The notes under the pieces: generated by a model
What the model was told of the DNA's origin: nothing
The model's database searches: none
The model's input: the letters and a program-made list of their open reading frames with translations, nothing else
NCBI RefSeq assembly: GCF_000284455.1
Contig: NC_017039.1
Location: forward strand, 2,790,001-2,822,000
Direction of reading: 5' to 3'
Length of the DNA: 32,000 nt
Source of the DNA: Synechocystis sp. PCC 6803 substr. PCC-P
GTDB taxonomy: Bacteria > Cyanobacteriota > Cyanobacteriia > Cyanobacteriales > Microcystaceae
Translations under genes and position numbers: made by a program
Shown here: in pieces, positions 27,752-32,000 of the stretch
Numbering within the stretch: position 1 is the stretch's first letter
Layout: each line of letters begins with the position of its first letter

Positions 27752-29683
27752 CCGGTCCTCCAGGGTGGAAGTGTCCCCGGAAATTTCCTGCCCGGAGGCT
27801 AAACTCCGCAACAGACGACGCATAATTTTGCCGGAACGGGTTTTGGGTAACACATCGGTGAAACGGATTTCCGCTGGCCTGGCGATCGCCCCAATTTCTT
27901 CAGTGACGTGCTTGACCAAATCTTTTTTCAACTCTTCACTGGGTTCAGCGTTACCCTCCAGAGAAACAAAGGCGAAAATGGCTTCCCCAGTCAATTCATC
28001 GGGGCGACCCACCACCGCCGCTTCCGCTACGAGGGGATGGGAAACCAAAGCCGATTCAATTTCCATAGTGCCTAAACGGTGACCAGAGACATTAATCACA
28101 TCATCCACCCGGCCCATGACCCAAAAATAACCGTCTTTATCCCGGCGGGCCCCGTCCCCAGCAAAGTAGAGATATTGTCCCTCCTTGGGTTGAATATGTT
28201 CCCAATAGGTATGGCGGAAGCGATCGGTGTCGCCGTACACATCCCGAATCATGCTGGGCCAAGGTTGTTTAATCACTAAAAAGCCCCCTTGGTCTGACTC
28301 GACGGGATTGCCATCTAAATCAACAATTTCCGCCACAATGCCGGGAAAAGGTTTGGTACAAGAACCGGGTTTGGTAGGGATAGCTCCAGGTAGGGGAGTG
28401 AGCATAATGCCGCCGGTTTCCGTTTGCCACCAGGTATCGACAATGGGGCATTTACCGCCGCCAATGACCCGGTGGTACCACATCCAAGCTTCGGGGTTAA
28501 TGGGTTCCCCCACAGTGCCCAGTAAACGGAGAGAGGATAAATCCCTGGCGTTGGGTACGGCTTCCCCCATGCGAATAAAGGCTCGGATGGCGGTGGGGGC
28601 GGTGTAGAAAATATTCACCCCATACCTTTCAATTACGTCCCAAAAACAACCGGGGTTGGAGGGGCGGGGCACCCCTTCATACATTACCGTTGTTGCACCG
28701 TTGGACAGGGGGCCGTAAACAATGTAGCTGTGGCCCGTAATCCAACCCACATCAGCGGTACACCAATAAACGTCCGTATCTTTGAGGTCAAAGATCCATT
28801 TGGTGGTCATGTGGGTGTAAAGGTTGTAACCCCCGGTGGTGTGGACCACGCCTTTTGGTTTGCCAGTACTGCCAGAGGTGTAGAGAATAAACAGCATATC
28901 TTCACTGTCTATGGGTTCCGCTGGGCAATGGGCCGACTGTTGAGGTTGGAGTTCGTGCCACCAGTGGTCCCGTCCCGCCGTCATGGTCACATCGGCTTTA
29001 GTTCTTTGCACGACGATGACGTTTTCCACGCTGGGGGCACCGTGTTCCAGGGCCTTATCCACTTCCTGCTTCAGGGCGATCGCCTTATCTTTACGAAAAC
29101 CACCGTCGGCAGTTATGACCAATTTGGCTTCAGCATCCACTAATCGATCCCGCAGGGCTTCCGCACTAAACCCACCAAACACAACACTATGGGGCGCACC
29201 GATACGGGAACAGGCCAACATGGTGATCGCCGCTTCGGGAATCATGGGCAGATAAATTGCTACCCGATCACCTTTTTGCACGCCTAAACTTTTCAGGGCA
29301 TTGGCAAACTGACACACTTCCCGATGGAGTTGGGCATAGGTAATTATCCGGGAATCTCCCGGTTCCCCCTCCCAAATAATGGCCGCCTTATTGCGCCGCC
29401 AGGTGGTTAAGTGCCGATCCAAACAGTTATGGGAAATATTTAACTGACCCCCCACAAACCATTTCGCAAAGGGAGGTTGCCAATCCAAAACCTGGTCCCA
29501 TTTTTTAAACCAATGTAATTCCTGCTCCGCCAGCTCACCCCAAAACTTCTCCGGATTGCTGGCCGCCCGGCTGTACAGTTGCTCATACTCCCGCCCACTA
29601 CGCACGTAAGCCCGCTCACTAAATTCTGTAGGGGGATCAAACAGTCGCTCTTCCTGCAGGATGGATTCAATGGTATCTGACAT
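27722..29683 (-). CDS. acs: Acetyl-CoA synthetase
   Basis: 653 aa. [113 protein letters not shown]. Confidence 0.97.
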
Positions 29684-29928
29684 GGTTCTCCGTCAAAGTC
29701 TTTAATGGCTTGGGCCCAACGTTGATGATTGTCGCAAAAATTTTTCCCCTTTCCCCAGATTTGTAACCTTTTGTATTTCTTTGCCTCTGCTGTTTACCCT
29801 GGGGGCGATCTAGGATAGAAGAAGGAAACTAGTATTGGTCCGGGTTAATTGGACAGTGGGGAAAAGATCAAGAAAACATCGGACCCTTTACACGCAGCCC
29901 ATAGCCCATTCACTCGGAGGATAAATCT

Positions 29929-30282
29929 ATGAAACGGAACTATCTACTGACGGCGATCGCCACCCTTGGGATTTTGGCCAGTCTAGCCCCCAACGCCAAC
30001 GCCCAATTTCGTAACTACAATCGCTACAACAACTACAATAACCCTGGCGATCGTATTGGCACTCCTGGTTTTAGCCAACCGATCTTTATGCCTAATCGCA
30101 GCGATACCTATCCTAATAGTTACTACAGAGGCCACAACCGTAATTACCGGGGCAAGGACGAATTAACCATCATCAATGGCGGTAGTAATTGCATCAACTG
30201 TAGGGTGGACGGTTGGGAGCGTCGGGATAGGGATAATAATTGGCACCATCAACGTTATCGCCAGGAGTATTTTTATTACTAA
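29929..30282 (+). CDS. Small secreted Asn/Tyr/Arg-rich hypothetical protein
   Basis: Signal peptide MKRNYLLTAIATLGILASLAPNANAQ followed by FRNYNRYNNYNNPGDR, with purine-rich GGAGG shortly upstream of the ATG. Confidence 0.65.
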   Translation: MKRNYLLTAIATLGILASLAPNANAQFRNYNRYNNYNNPGDRIGTPGFSQPIFMPNRSDTYPNSYYRGHNRNYRGKDELTIINGGSNCINCRVDGWERRDRDNNWHHQRYRQEYFYY

Positions 30283-30406
30283 TATTGCCCTAGTTAATAG
30301 CAACAAAAATCCCCGCTGAACTTAATGAAGTCAACAGGGAAACGGTTGCTTATGGGGAAACCTTAGTGATGATCAGAAAATGTCTGAATCATGTTCAAAT
30401 CATTTC

Positions 30407-31252
30407 CTAGGCTTTGTTGGCCATCGCAGTTTCCGGAGGAAGTTTAATATCCTTGGCTAACCCCAGCAAAGATAGGAATTTAATGGTCATCCAAGTTAAA
30501 TCCACTTCCCACCATTGCAAACCATGGCGAGCAGAGTACTGATAGGCGTGGTGATTATTGTGCCAACCTTCACCGAAAGTTAACAATGCTACCCACCAAC
30601 AATTGCGGGAATAATCATTGGATTCATGGCTAACGTAGCCGAACTTATGGGTGGCACTGTTGACAAACCAAGTGAAGTGGAAAACAAACACTAGGCGGAC
30701 AAAAATGCCCCAAATAACGAAGGGCCAGCCCCCTAAGGCAAATAAAATCAAGCCTAGGGCGACCTGGATAAGAATTAGATTATTCTGGCAAAATTGATAA
30801 AATTTATCGTCTTGGATATCCTTGGTGTAGCGGGGAATATCAGCTTTAGCAGGAATTTCAAACATCATCCAGCCGATGTGACTCCACCAAAAACCCTTAT
30901 TAGAATCGTGGGGATCCGGGGTGGTGTCAGAAAATTTGTGGTGCATACGGTGTAAGCCGACCCACTCAAATACGCCCCCCTGACAGGCTAGGGTGCCACA
31001 GATTACGAAAATATACTCTAACCATTTAGGAACATTGAAACTGCGGTGGGAAATACAACGGTGAAAACCTAAAGTAATGCCAATGCCGCCGGTAATTACA
31101 TAGAGCAAGAAAGCCATCCCCACTGCTTTCCAACTGAAAAACTGGGGCAGGAAAGCCAACAGGGCCACCAAATGAATGGAGGTAAAAAAGAAGATCACAG
31201 TCCAAGCTGGAGTCAACTTGGGCTTGGAATCGTTGGGAAGAGCAGCAGTCAT
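30407..31252 (-). CDS. desC: Acyl-lipid delta-9 desaturase
   Basis: Histidine boxes HRCISH, HRMHH and HNNHH. MTAALPNDSKPK start at 31252 preferred over the track start at 31363. Confidence 0.95.
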   Translation of the reverse strand: MTAALPNDSKPKLTPAWTVIFFFTSIHLVALLAFLPQFFSWKAVGMAFLLYVITGGIGITLGFHRCISHRSFNVPKWLEYIFVICGTLACQGGVFEWVGLHRMHHKFSDTTPDPHDSNKGFWWSHIGWMMFEIPAKADIPRYTKDIQDDKFYQFCQNNLILIQVALGLILFALGGWPFVIWGIFVRLVFVFHFTWFVNSATHKFGYVSHESNDYSRNCWWVALLTFGEGWHNNHHAYQYSARHGLQWWEVDLTWMTIKFLSLLGLAKDIKLPPETAMANKA

Positions 31253-31473
31253 GAAAAAAAACCTAACGAAAAAACGGAATAATTGGCGCTTGTTAAAAAC
31301 GATTAAACTATTGTCAAAAAGTTTGCTTAAATATAGGTATTCAATGTTTAATGGGTTTAACATCGCCGGGATTTACCAACCATCCAAGAAAATCGAATCG
31401 GTGATGATCTCGAAGATTGAAAGATAGTTTAAGGGGAATTCCCAAATAACATCAAAAGTTAAATAATGTCTTA

Positions 31474-32000
31474 ATGAAATATTCCAGCTTCCTTAAACAA
31501 GCAGAAGAAAACCTAGTCCCAATCTTTTCGGAAATCGACGCAAAGGTCAAGGAAAATCTGTACAAAGTCATAGAGGCATTTCGGCACCATCGGGTAGGGG
31601 TACAGCACTTCGCCGGGGTGAGTGGTTATGGCCATGATGACCTAGGCAGAGATACTCTGGACGGGGTTTTTGCTCAGGTGATGGGGGCAGAGTCGGCCGC
31701 TGTACGGGTACAGTTTGTGTCCGGAACCCATGCGATCGCCTGTGCGTTGTACGGCATTTTGCGACCGGGGGATGAACTACTGTCGGCGGTGGGCTCTCCC
31801 TACGACACCCTCGAAGAAGTGATTGGTCTTAGGGGAAGTTGTCAAGGCTCCCTCGCTGACTTTAACATTTCTTATCGTCAATTGCCCCTCACGGCGGCCG
31901 GCACGGTGGATTGGCAAGGGCTAGAAACTGCAGTGCGTCCGGAAACTCGCTTAGTTTTAATCCAACGTTCCTGTGGTTACAGTTGGCGCCCCAGTTTGGC
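31474..32000 (+). CDS. Methionine gamma-lyase-related PLP-dependent enzyme ('aluminum resistance protein' family), 3' truncated
   Basis: My own translation (absent from the ORF track, no stop in window): MKYSSFLKQAEENLVPIFSEIDAKVKENLYKVIEAFRHHRVGVQHFAGVSGYGHDDLGRDTLDGVFAQVMGAESAAVRVQFVSGTHAIACALYGILRPGDELLSAVGSPYDTLEEVIG... Confidence 0.85.
   Translation, partial: MKYSSFLKQAEENLVPIFSEIDAKVKENLYKVIEAFRHHRVGVQHFAGVSGYGHDDLGRDTLDGVFAQVMGAESAAVRVQFVSGTHAIACALYGILRPGDELLSAVGSPYDTLEEVIGLRGSCQGSLADFNISYRQLPLTAAGTVDWQGLETAVRPETRLVLIQRSCGYSWRPSL

Noticed and set aside
27738-29255. Plus-strand ORFs opposite acs
   Set aside because: Shadow ORFs of the well-supported acs frame.

Overview
This window reads as a stretch of the Synechocystis sp. 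PCC 6803 chromosome or a near-identical strain. I base that on recognising specific proteins (Flv3, CYP120A1, DesC, NatB-like, NdhO, Ycf65, FtrC) and on many HIP1 GCGATCGC octamers. It is mostly housekeeping or core metabolic sequence: bioF-like (5' truncated), two type I methionine aminopeptidases, DCC and NUDIX proteins, panD, malate dehydrogenase, ndhO, pth, ycf65/PSRP-3, Tic22-like, natB-like, a Na+/H+ antiporter, tRNA-Cys(GCA), ftrC, an alpha/beta hydrolase, VKOR-thioredoxin, flv3, a PHP phosphoesterase, a DUF2779 Cas4/RecB-like nuclease, SUI1, PAP2, holA, DUF2752, CD225, CYP120A1, DUF2854, acs, desC and a 3'-truncated PLP-dependent enzyme. I found no CRISPR array, intact transposase or intact phage module. 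The least ordinary region is about 22.8-25.7 kb. It holds small AT-richer hypotheticals, a DUF2752/CD225 pair, an unannotated CYTH pseudogene (at least two frameshifts plus in-frame stops), and a decayed 3' fragment of a tyrosine recombinase just upstream of the P450. Other points of interest are the standalone Cas4-like/DEDD fusion nuclease, a 31-bp tandem duplication at the slr0575-like/acs 3' junction, and several intergenic inverted repeats. I cannot support a claim of a clearly new multi-gene system.
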